A stretch of DNA of 64,000 nucleotides, taken from assembly GCA_037146995.1 (NCBI GenBank), contig JBAWWA010000002.1:1955-65954 (forward strand), given 5' to 3'. The notes under the pieces were generated by a model. That model did not search any database, was not told the origin of the DNA, and saw only the letters and a program-made list of their open reading frames with translations. How positions within the stretch are numbered: the stretch's first letter is position 1; every line of letters begins with the position of its first letter. This DNA is from a bacterium (GTDB taxonomy: Bacteria > Patescibacteriota > Patescibacteriia > Patescibacteriales > GWE2-39-37). Of the stretch, positions 1 through 12,384 are shown piece by piece. The position numbers and the translations under genes are program-made.

Positions 1-67
1 TTGGTCTGATGGATTCATACATTATGCTTTAACCAAGGCTCATTCCAATTTATCGGCCTTTTTTTGA

Positions 68-451
68 TTAGAAAAATTTCCACCACGGTATTTTTTTCTC
101 ATCTTTAACTATCTGCTTTGCTGCTTTAGCATTTGAGACCTGCTGAATCATATTAACTATATGATTTTTTAAATTATTAATTTCTGCTTCAACTAGCGGT
201 CCATCATACTCACCAGCATGAGCACTTTGACCTTGATAGCTAGCCTGTTTTTGATCGATATGCAAACTAAAAGTGATTTGATTGCCAATCTCCTTAATAT
301 AACAATGATATCGAGGAAAATGATCTCTTGAAACTCGTTTAGCATAGCTATCTTTGCCTGTGTGATAACTCGTAATATGCGCATAACCAAAACGCTGCAA
401 AATTTCATGACCAGACATGGGTAGTTTATCTTTGTAGACTGAAAAATCCAT
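68..451 (-). CDS. hypothetical protein (127 aa)
   Basis: ORF with plausible start. I do not recognise clear family motifs. Followed by intergenic region and a terminator belonging to the next gene. Confidence 0.4.
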   Translation of the reverse strand: MDFSVYKDKLPMSGHEILQRFGYAHITSYHTGKDSYAKRVSRDHFPRYHCYIKEIGNQITFSLHIDQKQASYQGQSAHAGEYDGPLVEAEINNLKNHIVNMIQQVSNAKAAKQIVKDEKKIPWWKFF

Positions 452-522
452 ATTATTCTAATTTAATATTTCAACTTATCGGCTAGAATTGTGCTCATAT
501 CTTATAGTATACCACAAAATAA

Positions 523-548
523 AACAACCTACGTTGCCGTAGGTTGTT
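523..548 (-). terminator. rho-independent terminator after the RRM gene
   Basis: Perfect 11-bp inverted repeat AACAACCTACG-ttgc-CGTAGGTTGTT. On the minus strand it is followed by TTTATTTTGT. Confidence 0.6.
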
Positions 549-568
549 TCTATATTCAAATCGGTAAT

Positions 569-883
569 TTACCAGCTTGAAGTACGTGGTGCGCGATCAC
601 CACCGCGATCGAAATCACGACGTGGAGGGCGAGCTTCCATTGGACGAGCTTCGTTGACCGTAATAGTACGACCATCTAACTCCTTGCCATTGAACATGTC
701 AATAGCCTGTTTTCCAGCTGCGTCATCAGCGAATTCAACGAAACCGAAGCCTTTTGAGCGACCAGTCATTTTATCCTTGATAACAATAGCAGAAGCAACT
801 TCACCAGCCTGCGCAAAATATTCGCGCAATGATTCGTCGGTTGTACCCCATGAAAGAGATCCGACAAACAATTTAATAGCCAT
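569..883 (-). CDS. RNA-recognition-motif (RRM) RNA-binding protein with Arg/Gly-rich C-terminal tail
   Basis: RNP-2-like IKLFVGSL and RNP-1 KGFGFVEF motifs. C-terminal RPPRRDFDRGGDR. Confidence 0.85.
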   Translation of the reverse strand: MAIKLFVGSLSWGTTDESLREYFAQAGEVASAIVIKDKMTGRSKGFGFVEFADDAAGKQAIDMFNGKELDGRTITVNEARPMEARPPRRDFDRGGDRAPRTSSW

Positions 884-1042
884 ATGCAGTTTTTACTTAG
901 AATTGAAGAACAATTCTATCTTTATAACGTAAGAGCGACCTTTCCTGCTCTCTCTCATCACTTGCATACGCATTAACGAGATACTAACGTGGAATCACTT
1001 ACTTAATATGAGAATAGCATATAATACTAGCAAAGTCAACAT

Positions 1043-1336
1043 TTAATCGGGCAACTTAGCGATAATTACGCCGTCACCACCTTCCAATATTTTGCCCATC
1101 CTATGGCTTATTTCCAAACGCTTGAGAATATCTATGGTCATTTCTTGGATAATTGCCCGTCCATCAGGAGAATGCAGCCCCTTGCCGGTTATGATTTTTA
1201 TATATTTCAGACGCTCTCGTACTACATCTCTTAAGAATAAATATAATTCCCTTTCAGCTGCCTTTTCAGTCAACCCGTGCAAATCGATTTCTGCCTCAAT
1301 TTTTAAGCAATGTTTATTATTTTTTCTAATTCCCAT
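1043..1336 (-). CDS. Smr-domain protein (MutS2 C-terminal-like endonuclease domain)
   Basis: DLHGLT ... ITGKGLHS motifs typical of Smr domains. 97 aa. Confidence 0.7.
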   Translation of the reverse strand: MGIRKNNKHCLKIEAEIDLHGLTEKAAERELYLFLRDVVRERLKYIKIITGKGLHSPDGRAIIQEMTIDILKRLEISHRMGKILEGGDGVIIAKLPD

Positions 1337-1412
1337 ACTAACTATGTATTTTTATAAATTTATTATACATACTATAATTATAGCCAAGTAACCTTGGTAG
1401 GGCTAGTTCTTC

Positions 1413-1649
1413 ATGAGGGTAGCCGAAAAAATGATCAAGCATCAAAAAGCAGAAATAGAGGCCTTAACTGCCAAGTCTCAAAAAGACTGGGAAGCGATTT
1501 GGTCAGATACTATATCAGACAGAGAACTCAACAAGCTTGCCCAAAGCAAACTCAAAGAGCTTGGCTATCAGGAAAAAAGACAACTTATTAAAGAAGTCGG
1601 GCACAAAAATGCCAACATTAAGACGCTCGAGCTTATTTCTCCAGCTTAA
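1413..1649 (+). CDS. small hypothetical protein (78 aa, charged/coiled-coil-like)
   Basis: ORF only. No recognisable motif. Confidence 0.3.
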   Translation: MRVAEKMIKHQKAEIEALTAKSQKDWEAIWSDTISDRELNKLAQSKLKELGYQEKRQLIKEVGHKNANIKTLELISPA

Positions 1650-1835
1650 AACTAAGCCACCAACAAAAATTAGCGGCTTTTTACCTACAAAAAAGCTAAA
1701 AAAATATCTGAAACTATAATACTTAATACCACTAGAGCTCCATTTTGACAGAGGTAGTAAGTATGATATAGTTGCAATCAGTCAGGTAATACAATCTAAC
1801 ATGACCTTTCAAAAACTACAACCAAGGAGGTTACA

Positions 1836-2984
1836 ATGACAAAACAAAACATCAAGCAACCGAGTCACCAACCATCAACTTACGAAGAAAAACTTATTAG
1901 CCTGTCTCATGAATATGGTGGTTGGATAAATGCTCACACACATCTTGATCGAGCCAATACTTTGGACTCATGTTTCTGGGCACATGCAGGAATCGACCCA
2001 TTGGAAGCTGGCACTTTCCCTTTGTCAGTCAAGCAAAGTCTAACCGGTGAGCTTCACAAAGGCATTGCCTATACTAAAAAAAGTCTGCAAAGCAGAATGA
2101 GGCAACAGCTTGGACAATCGGTCCGTAATAACACCAAGGAGATCGTCTCGCTCATTGATGCCACCCCTGACATTGGTATGATTGCAATTGAAACTGCCCT
2201 GAAGCTTAAAGAAGAATTTACAAGCAAGATCAATTTTAAAATTGGCCCGCAGCCAATCTTCGGATTCAAGCAAAAAAATTCTGATCGTTGGCAACTTTTT
2301 AAAGAGGCCGCCAAGCTAAGCGATGTCTTAGGCGGCCTACCAGAGAAAGACGATACGGAAAATCGCATTGGTTATAATCAACACCTCAAGCTCGTGCTCG
2401 AGCTTGGCATGGAACTGGACAAAGAAGTACAGATTCATGTTGACCAAGCCAATAGTCCGGCAGAACATGGCACCGAAACCCTAATCGAAGCCAGCAAATG
2501 GCTTTGTGACACAAAAAGTCTAAGTAGTGGCGCACCTCTGATTTGGGCTGTGCATGCAATCTCGCCGGCCTGCTACGACGAGTACCGCTTTAAAATCCTC
2601 TTGGATAATTTAAAAAAGGAAAACATTGGTATTATTTGTTGTCCGCGCGCCGCATTGTCGATGCGCCAACTCCGTCCCATCAACGCACCACTGCACAACA
2701 GCATTACCAGACTACTTGAGATTATTAAATGGGAAATTCCCGTTCGCCTCGGCACCGACAACATTAGCGATATTTTTATTCCAACCGGCTCAAACAATCT
2801 TCTAAATGAGATTACTTATCTAGCTGATTGCCTACGTTATTATATGACCAAGTTGTGGGTAAAAATTGCTTGTGGCGAAGTACCGAACGACATGGATCGT
2901 GCCAGTATCTCACGCGCTCTTTATGAAGACAATAAAGCCTTTCGTGATTATGCACCTGACTTTCCTCGACTCAATGAACTTTAA
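1836..2984 (+). CDS. amidohydrolase-superfamily metal-dependent hydrolase (cytosine-deaminase-like)
   Basis: N-terminal INAHTHLD HxH metal-binding motif. Size 382 aa. Good RBS AAGGAGG 8 nt upstream of the ATG. Confidence 0.65.
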   Translation: MTKQNIKQPSHQPSTYEEKLISLSHEYGGWINAHTHLDRANTLDSCFWAHAGIDPLEAGTFPLSVKQSLTGELHKGIAYTKKSLQSRMRQQLGQSVRNNTKEIVSLIDATPDIGMIAIETALKLKEEFTSKINFKIGPQPIFGFKQKNSDRWQLFKEAAKLSDVLGGLPEKDDTENRIGYNQHLKLVLELGMELDKEVQIHVDQANSPAEHGTETLIEASKWLCDTKSLSSGAPLIWAVHAISPACYDEYRFKILLDNLKKENIGIICCPRAALSMRQLRPINAPLHNSITRLLEIIKWEIPVRLGTDNISDIFIPTGSNNLLNEITYLADCLRYYMTKLWVKIACGEVPNDMDRASISRALYEDNKAFRDYAPDFPRLNEL

Positions 2985-3184
2985 ATGAAGGTTTAATCAC
3001 TCAAAACAAAAGATGATTTTAACACTAAAATCATCTTTTTTTATTTTAAAAATATCTGTAGAAATACCTAACCGATAACAGCTACGGCTAAAGGAATATT
3101 TACCTTAATAAAATTAAAAGTATTACCCATCACAATTTATGCAGCGGCAAGATACTCTTCACCTTCACCAACCAACACATAATA

Positions 3185-3210
3185 AAACAGGCTCCATCTG
3201 GAGCCTGTTT
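3185..3210. terminator. bidirectional rho-independent terminator
   Basis: Perfect inverted repeat AAACAGGCTCC-atct-GGAGCCTGTTT flanked by A-run and T-run. Lies between the convergent amidohydrolase gene and tRNA-Ser. Confidence 0.65.
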
Positions 3211-3218
3211 TATTATGT

Positions 3219-3235
3219 GCGGAAGATGAGGGATT
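3219..3235. repeat. 17-nt direct repeat of the 3' acceptor/T-arm end of the adjacent tRNA-Ser
   Basis: gcggaagatgagggatt occurs at 3219-3235 and again inside the tRNA at 3287-3303. Confidence 0.6.
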
Positions 3236-3284
3236 TACCCCTTCTCTTCGCTAGGGAGTATAAACTTCTCATTCCTTTCTTGAT

Positions 3285-3374
3285 TGGCGGAAGATGAGGG
3301 ATTCGAACCCTCGAAGGCTTTGACACCTTACCCGCTTTCCAAGCGAGCGCACTCGACCTCTATGCGAACCTTCC
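3285..3374 (-). tRNA. tRNA-Ser (anticodon GGA), type II with long variable arm, CCA encoded
   Basis: Reverse complement folds as acceptor GGAAGGT/ATCTTCC, anticodon stem CTCGC/GCGGG with loop TTGGAAA, long variable arm, T-arm GAGGG-TTCGAAT-CCCTC, and 3' GCCA. Confidence 0.85.
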
Positions 3375-3435
3375 TATGAATAATGCTTGCCCAACAGACA
3401 AGCATTATATTAAGCTAAATTTATTTTAAGGTCAA

Positions 3436-4311
3436 TTATTTTTTTTGCAGCTGTTTATTGATTATACTACGTAATCCTTCCATATAGCTACCATCACCAT
3501 GTTTGCCATCGTCCATGGGTGTAGCCCCATTAACCACTTGCCCGTTTACAAAGGTTGTCGGCGTACCAATAACACCAAATTGTTTTGCCTTTTCTGCTTG
3601 AGCCAAAATAACATCCTTGTATTTTTCAGCCTTGTAGCAGGCGTCAAACTTCTGTGTGTTTAATTTTAAATTTTTAGCCATAAAAGAAAATCTCTCACTG
3701 AATAACTGATTTTTAGCCGTGGCCTTAAAAAATTCATCAGACATTTCCCAAAATTTACCTTGCTCGTTTGCACATTCGGCAGCAATAGCAGCTGGTAGAG
3801 CCGTTTGATGAGCGGTCGAAAGAGGAAAATGTCTGAAAGCTATCACTATTTTATTGCCAAACTCTTTTCTTGCCTGATTAATAATTTCACTAAATAAAGC
3901 AGTTGAGGGACAATCAAAATCACCATAAATAATTATCTGTACTGGCGCATTAGCATCACCTCTCACATGATCGGTTGCCGAAATTGGCTCAATGGTTTTA
4001 ATTTTTACAATTTCATCTTTTCCTAGAACCTCTGAGACATCAATTTTCTTAACCTCTTTACTATCATTTGCAATATCGCTATAACTAGGCTTGTTGGGTT
4101 GTAACGACTCACCGACTGAATCAGTAACAGGTTCGACAACAGAGGTAGTTGCAAAATTTTCAGTCTGCTCACCAACATTACTAGTAAGTTTTTTTAGCTG
4201 CAGCGTTTTATTAAATTGCAAATACACAAATGCAATTATAAATAAAAAAATCACCGCACTAGTCAAGATAATTTTATTGTTATTTTGTTCATCCTTCCTT
4301 TTGAATAGCAT
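3436..4311 (-). CDS. membrane-anchored DsbA-like thioredoxin-fold protein with CxxT (CPST) active-site variant
   Basis: N-terminal TM helix. Motif IIIYGDFDCPSTALFS, where DNA reads tgt ccc tca act. DsbA-family downstream region FRHFPL...ECANEQGKFWE. Confidence 0.65.
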   Translation of the reverse strand: MLFKRKDEQNNNKIILTSAVIFLFIIAFVYLQFNKTLQLKKLTSNVGEQTENFATTSVVEPVTDSVGESLQPNKPSYSDIANDSKEVKKIDVSEVLGKDEIVKIKTIEPISATDHVRGDANAPVQIIIYGDFDCPSTALFSEIINQARKEFGNKIVIAFRHFPLSTAHQTALPAAIAAECANEQGKFWEMSDEFFKATAKNQLFSERFSFMAKNLKLNTQKFDACYKAEKYKDVILAQAEKAKQFGVIGTPTTFVNGQVVNGATPMDDGKHGDGSYMEGLRSIINKQLQKK

Positions 4312-4318
4312 ATTGTTT

Positions 4319-5794
4319 TTATATTTTAGCTTTAGCTAAATGAAAATTTGTAACTTTTTGATACTGATGACCGACTTGTAATAATTTATTCTCATCAAAC
4401 CTCGAACCAATTAACTGGAAAGCAAGAGGCAATTGTTTGCCATCAATCTCTGAAAAACCGCATGGTACTGACATAGCTGGTAGCCCGGCCAATGATGGGC
4501 TAGTAACGAAGATGTCCTCCAAATACATCTTGAGCGGGTCATTGGCCTGCTCACCAATCTTAAAGGCTGGATGAGGCGAAACTGGCGTCAACAACAAATC
4601 AACTTCCCTAAGTACCTGATCCAATTCTTCTTTAATTATAGTCCTAACTCTCTGGGCTTGCAAATAATAAGCATCAAAATAGCCCGCAGACAAAGCATAA
4701 GTACCAAGCATAATTCTTCGCTTTGCCTCTTCACCAAAACCCCGCCCGCGAGTCCTGTTATAAACGTCCTGCAAATTCTTTTCCTCGAGGTAAGTAGAAA
4801 AGCCATAACGGATACCGTCATGACGAGCTAGGTTTGAACTTAACTCTGATGGCGTCAAGATATAATAAACTGGCACAGCGTATTTAGTATGCGACAATTT
4901 AACTGACACAAATTCTGCGCCCAATTGCTTTAACTGTTCGATTGCCCGATTAACCGCTTGCGTTACCGACTCAGCAGTACCATCCGTAAAATATTCCTCA
5001 GGTAAACCGATTTTAAGTCCCTTAATACTATTACCCAGATTTTCGTTATAATTAACAATTTTTTCATCAACTGTTGTGGCATCAAATTTATCCAAGCCAG
5101 AAATGGCTTTCTGTACCGTCGCCACATCTTCAACCGTTTTGCATAAGGCACCTGGCACATCAGTCGAGCTAGTCATTGAGACCAAACCAAATCTTGAACT
5201 GCGACCATAAGTCGGTTTTAAACCAACCACACCACAAAAAGCGGCTGGACAGCGAATAGAGCCACCCGTATCGGTACCCAAGGCAAACAAACACATATCG
5301 GCAGCTACGGCGGCAGCCGAGCCACCTGATGAACCACCAGGGACACGCGCTAAATCCCAGGGATTATGAGTTACTCCAAAGGCGCTATTTTCTGTGGAGG
5401 CGCCATGAGCAAATTCATCAAGATTAACTTTGCCAAGCAGCACCGCCCCCGCCTCGCGCAATTTTTTAACGACAGTGGCGTCATAAGGTGCAATATAATT
5501 TTCAAGCATTTTTGAACTAGCCGTAGTTTTTATGCCACTGGTCAAAATATTATCCTTGCACAAATATGGAATACCTAGCAGTTCTCCCTTTTCGCCTTGA
5601 GCACGGCGCTCATCTGCTCTAACCGCTTCGGTCAAAGCCTCAGTTTCACACACCGTCAAGCAAGCGTGAATCATGGGATCAACCTCTTTTATCCGCAACA
5701 AACAAGCCTGAGTCAATTCAAGCGAAGTTATTTCGCCTTGTTCCAATTTTAATCGCGCCTCTCTTATTGTTAATTCGTTTAATTTCATACTCAA
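4319..5794 (-). CDS. gatA: Glu-tRNA(Gln)/Asp-tRNA(Asn) amidotransferase subunit A
   Basis: Amidase signature GGSSGGSAAAVA with Ser-cisSer-Lys triad context. 491 aa. Immediately downstream of gatC. Confidence 0.9.
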   Translation of the reverse strand: MSMKLNELTIREARLKLEQGEITSLELTQACLLRIKEVDPMIHACLTVCETEALTEAVRADERRAQGEKGELLGIPYLCKDNILTSGIKTTASSKMLENYIAPYDATVVKKLREAGAVLLGKVNLDEFAHGASTENSAFGVTHNPWDLARVPGGSSGGSAAAVAADMCLFALGTDTGGSIRCPAAFCGVVGLKPTYGRSSRFGLVSMTSSTDVPGALCKTVEDVATVQKAISGLDKFDATTVDEKIVNYNENLGNSIKGLKIGLPEEYFTDGTAESVTQAVNRAIEQLKQLGAEFVSVKLSHTKYAVPVYYILTPSELSSNLARHDGIRYGFSTYLEEKNLQDVYNRTRGRGFGEEAKRRIMLGTYALSAGYFDAYYLQAQRVRTIIKEELDQVLREVDLLLTPVSPHPAFKIGEQANDPLKMYLEDIFVTSPSLAGLPAMSVPCGFSEIDGKQLPLAFQLIGSRFDENKLLQVGHQYQKVTNFHLAKAKI

Positions 5795-5862
5795 TATCTT
5801 TATTCAAGACGAACCGTAATTTTATTTAAAAGGTTAAAACCTTACGATGAACTATCCTGATT

Positions 5863-6156
5863 TTATTCCAAAATTCGCTTAACTTTGATTTGTCCATCTT
5901 CACATTCTGGGGCTGAATTTATAGCAGCCAATCTTTCCTTGCTTGGCCAATCAAGCACGACATCTTCGCGCCAAGCATTTTCGAGGCCAGTAATCTGTGC
6001 TGTAGGCTCGACGCCAGTCGTATCAACCTCACGCAATTGGTCTATGTATGTCAAAACGCCAGACAACTGGTTGCCATAGCGCTCAACCTCCTCAATTGTC
6101 AACTCGAGCCTGGCAAGTCTGGCCACATGTTCTATTTCTTCTCTTGTTAATTTCAT
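5863..6156 (-). CDS. gatC: aminoacyl-tRNA amidotransferase subunit C
   Basis: 97 aa. N-terminal LTREEIEHVARLARLEL typical of GatC. Located upstream of gatA. Confidence 0.85.
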   Translation of the reverse strand: MKLTREEIEHVARLARLELTIEEVERYGNQLSGVLTYIDQLREVDTTGVEPTAQITGLENAWREDVVLDWPSKERLAAINSAPECEDGQIKVKRILE

Positions 6157-6213
6157 TGTTTTAAACTGTCAATTATTTATCAAGGCGAATAAATGTCCAC
6201 CTTTACATGACGA

Positions 6214-9142
<2,929 letters not shown>

Positions 9143-9179
9143 AAATATAGTATTACTCCTCTGCTTTAATTATAATAGA

Positions 9180-11327
9180 TTAGCTAACTTTAAAATAGTC
9201 ATCCTGGGGAAATAATTTTGACCCAGCCTTATGTAAACTCTTAACTTTCAGTTTATCACCTTTGGTCTTGTATACCTCGATTTCGAGCTTAAGCCAATCA
9301 ACGTCCATGGGATCTAACCTTTTACCGGTTTTTATATACTCCAAAGCCATATCCAGCTGACCAAGCATAATAGATGTGTCAGCGGATTTCTTATAGACCA
9401 GCTTTTCCTCGCGTATAACCATGGTTCGATGCTCTAGATTCATCATTTTGTCAGTCGTATTTGGATAGAGCTTTATGGCATTATTATAGTGTATTATGGC
9501 CCTTGAGAAATCACCCACCCGATAATTTAGATCACCCCAAGCTAGCTCGACTAAGGCATAACCGCCAGTATTTTTTTTAAGCTGACTAAATTTATCATTT
9601 ATGAGCAAAAATAGCTGGCTCTGGCCGCTAGGTAAGCCTGGTGGCAACAATCTGGTCAAAACCATCAAGGTGCTTAATTTTGCCCTAAAGGTCTGCGGCT
9701 CGTTATCAGTATTTAATATTTTTTTTAACAGTAAATCAAAAGCATTTTTATCAATCACGCCCGAATCGAGATAGCTTAAGGTAGTAGCTAATAACTCAGC
9801 CCGGTAAAAACCCTCAAATTGGTTGGAAGGTGCTGTGACAGTAATTTTATTTGCCCAAACAAGATAGTCGTTTTGGTTGCGAGCCAGGTTAAGCTGACGA
9901 AAATAATGACTTGCCATGATGCCTTGAATATAAATAAAAGAGAGATAACCGAGGAATGGCAATATTATTATTAAATAATAACTCCGCTGCCCAAGAGTAA
10001 TGACCTGGCGCTCACTAACCAAGGCTAAAATTATTCCCAAAGTCAAAGCCAAATAACTGGCCGTTACGATAGTAATAAATGAAAACAATAAACTAACCAA
10101 AAAACCCAAGAGAGCAAGTAACAACAATTTAACCACTTTTTGCTCCTGCAAATCAAGGCGAGTTTTATATGCTTGCTTAATAACTCTTAGAACAAACCAG
10201 GCCAATATTAAAGCTACACTAAAAGTCACCAAGCCTGACTCAAAAATAAAATCGAGAAAAATATTATGCAGTCTGTCAGGATTGGCATTTATGGCCTCGA
10301 CAATTGCCCAACTGCCATTATAATAGCGATACAAATAAAGCTCTTGCGTGTCCTGACCATACCCGAGTAAGGGTTTTTTGGAAATTAAGTCTAAGCCGCT
10401 CCGGTAAAGCCCAAACCTATACGTCCCCTGATTTAAGCTAAAAGTGCTTAAAACACGATTACCAACCGAGCTATAATTAATAAAAATATTTTCACTGGCC
10501 GTATTTTTGGTTATTAAAAAACCAGCAGTCATGGCTAGCAACAAAAATGTCAACAAACAGACTGAATAAAGTATCCATTTCTTTGCCTTAAATTGCCTCA
10601 AATAAAAAATAAAACTGACCAATACGGCTGCAAATAAACCAAGCCAACCGCTACGACTTAAAGTAAAAACAAGCGTTAGCAACTGTAACAACCACGAGAT
10701 TAAATAAAGAAACTTTAATTTGCTCTTAGTTACTAAATACCCCCACCAACTAAAAGCTAGACTAAAGAGTAAATATGCTGCCAAATAATTTGGCTGACCT
10801 AAAGTGCTGGCCGCTCGCAGACGCACCGGGTCAAATATTTCATACTCATAAAAATCTAGACCGGCCACCTGAAGTAAACCATAGATACTAACCAAACTAG
10901 CCGCAGCAGTCAGGGCAAGCAAAAAATATCTTAATTTTTCTTGAATTAATGGCCACCAAGCAAATACTAAATATAATAATAACCACAGCTCGAGCTCTAA
11001 AAAAAAGCCAAAACCTCGCATGGCGGAACCAAAAAAGGCGACGCTGCGAAATTCAGAATTGCATGCGCTCAAAAATCTTAGTGTAAAATATAATGCCCAA
11101 AGGTACAGCAACTTTTTATTTTGCGGCAAGACAAGTTCTTTGGTTAAAAAACTTTTCACTACAAACAATAGTGCTAGCCAAAAAATAAATACGCTAAAGA
11201 CGAAAATTTTAAATAATTCAAAAGAGTGCCAAATTTGCGAATTAAAAACCAAGGGCAAAGCAAAAAAACCAGCGCTTAAGCTAATAATTATTAAATGATT
11301 AATTTTTGAAATTATTTTTTCCTGCAT
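9180..11327 (-). CDS. O-antigen-ligase (Wzy_C) family membrane protein with C-terminal TPR repeats; candidate pilin O-glycosyltransferase
   Basis: About 12 TM segments. LSRSGWLGL motif typical of Wzy_C/O-antigen ligase/PglL/TfpO. C-terminal TPR-like YNNAIKLYP region. Gene immediately downstream of the pilin gene. Confidence 0.7.
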   Translation of the reverse strand: MQEKIISKINHLIIISLSAGFFALPLVFNSQIWHSFELFKIFVFSVFIFWLALLFVVKSFLTKELVLPQNKKLLYLWALYFTLRFLSACNSEFRSVAFFGSAMRGFGFFLELELWLLLYLVFAWWPLIQEKLRYFLLALTAAASLVSIYGLLQVAGLDFYEYEIFDPVRLRAASTLGQPNYLAAYLLFSLAFSWWGYLVTKSKLKFLYLISWLLQLLTLVFTLSRSGWLGLFAAVLVSFIFYLRQFKAKKWILYSVCLLTFLLLAMTAGFLITKNTASENIFINYSSVGNRVLSTFSLNQGTYRFGLYRSGLDLISKKPLLGYGQDTQELYLYRYYNGSWAIVEAINANPDRLHNIFLDFIFESGLVTFSVALILAWFVLRVIKQAYKTRLDLQEQKVVKLLLLALLGFLVSLLFSFITIVTASYLALTLGIILALVSERQVITLGQRSYYLIIILPFLGYLSFIYIQGIMASHYFRQLNLARNQNDYLVWANKITVTAPSNQFEGFYRAELLATTLSYLDSGVIDKNAFDLLLKKILNTDNEPQTFRAKLSTLMVLTRLLPPGLPSGQSQLFLLINDKFSQLKKNTGGYALVELAWGDLNYRVGDFSRAIIHYNNAIKLYPNTTDKMMNLEHRTMVIREEKLVYKKSADTSIMLGQLDMALEYIKTGKRLDPMDVDWLKLEIEVYKTKGDKLKVKSLHKAGSKLFPQDDYFKVS

Positions 11328-11350
11328 TTGTGTATTGTATCAATAAAACA

Positions 11351-11376
11351 AAAAACCCGCCAAGGCAGGTTTTTTG
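11351..11376. terminator. hairpin terminator between pilin gene and downstream Wzy_C gene
   Basis: AAAAACCCGC-caag-GCAGGTTTTTT with one mismatch, flanked by A-run and T-run. Confidence 0.5.
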
Positions 11377-11411
11377 TTTTAAATTCCTAATAGGATCCAA
11401 TAAGAATTCAA

Positions 11412-11846
11412 CTAATTGCTAATTTCACCAGGAGCTGCAGTATGAGCACCTGTATTTAATTCACCAGTCTTACCATTTAAAGTGAATGGTATATCGTAAG
11501 AAATTAACTCAGGATTAGCCAATGAAGTAGTTGCATGATAAACATAATTACCACCGCCGTACTTTGGCGTTTGCGCCATATAAGCTACGTAATCAGACGT
11601 ACCCTTGGTGCCTGTCGAAATTGAAGTCGGTAAAAAACCGCCATTCGAAGCAGGATAAGTACTCCAGTCATTTCGAAACAACTCAAGAGCTGTCTGAACG
11701 CTTTTAACATCTGAAACTATTTTGGCGTCTTGTGCCTTGGTACGAGCATTATTCAAAGAGATAACTGCCAAAGTTGACAGGATACCGATAATCGCGATAA
11801 CAACGAGCAACTCAATTAATGTAAAGCCTTTTTGATTTTTATTCAT
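11412..11846 (-). CDS. type IV pilin (class III signal peptide, N-methylation motif)
   Basis: MNKNQKGFTLIELLVVIAIIGIL: canonical G|FTLIE prepilin cleavage/methylation site followed by hydrophobic helix. Strong RBS GGAGGTG upstream. Confidence 0.9.
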   Translation of the reverse strand: MNKNQKGFTLIELLVVIAIIGILSTLAVISLNNARTKAQDAKIVSDVKSVQTALELFRNDWSTYPASNGGFLPTSISTGTKGTSDYVAYMAQTPKYGGGNYVYHATTSLANPELISYDIPFTLNGKTGELNTGAHTAAPGEISN

Positions 11847-12002
11847 TATTTCACCTCCTTTCTAATTATTAAATATGTTTATTAAAAAACAGTTATCCAC
11901 ATTATAACATAAATTTATATATAACCGGTAGTGGCAAGGCAAGTAAGCAATAATTCAATCAATTATTTTTTTAAAACAATCACTCTAAAACAACTCACCA
12001 CA

Positions 12003-12380
12003 TTAAACTAGCTTTAAGAGCTTCTTGACCTTAGCCACCACCTCCGCCGGCACAAAATGAGCCTTAATCAAATAATCCACTGCTCCCAAATCCAGACCAC
12101 TCTCCACTTCTGACCGCTGACTAAGATTTGTTAGCAATAGAACCATAATATTTTTTGTCTCATCATGAGTTTTTAGTTCTCGCAAAACATCAAGGCCATT
12201 CATTTTTGGCATCACAATATCAAGGAGAACAATGTCTGGCAATTCCTTTCTAGCAAGTCTTAAACCCTTTTCCCCGTCATCAGCACAAAAGACCTCAAAA
12301 TTTTCGAGCTCAAATTTGGTAGCATAAATACTTTGTAAAAATGAGTCATCCTCTACAATTAATAATTTAGGCTTGTTCAT
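12003..12380 (-). CDS. stand-alone response-regulator receiver (CheY-like REC) protein
   Basis: LLIVEDD acidic pocket, phospho-acceptor Asp in LLDIVMP, conserved Thr/Lys positions. 125 aa, no output domain. Confidence 0.8.
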   Translation of the reverse strand: MNKPKLLIVEDDSFLQSIYATKFELENFEVFCADDGEKGLRLARKELPDIVLLDIVMPKMNGLDVLRELKTHDETKNIMVLLLTNLSQRSEVESGLDLGAVDYLIKAHFVPAEVVAKVKKLLKLV

Positions 12381-12384
12381 TGAT

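Noticed and set aside
11887-11900. Single consensus DnaA box TTATCCACA upstream of the pilin gene; also considered an oriC near parAB/dnaE
   Set aside because: Only one box, with no cluster of boxes or AT-rich DUE nearby. The parA upstream region instead contains a tRNA promoter. A single 9-mer is expected by chance in an AT-rich genome.
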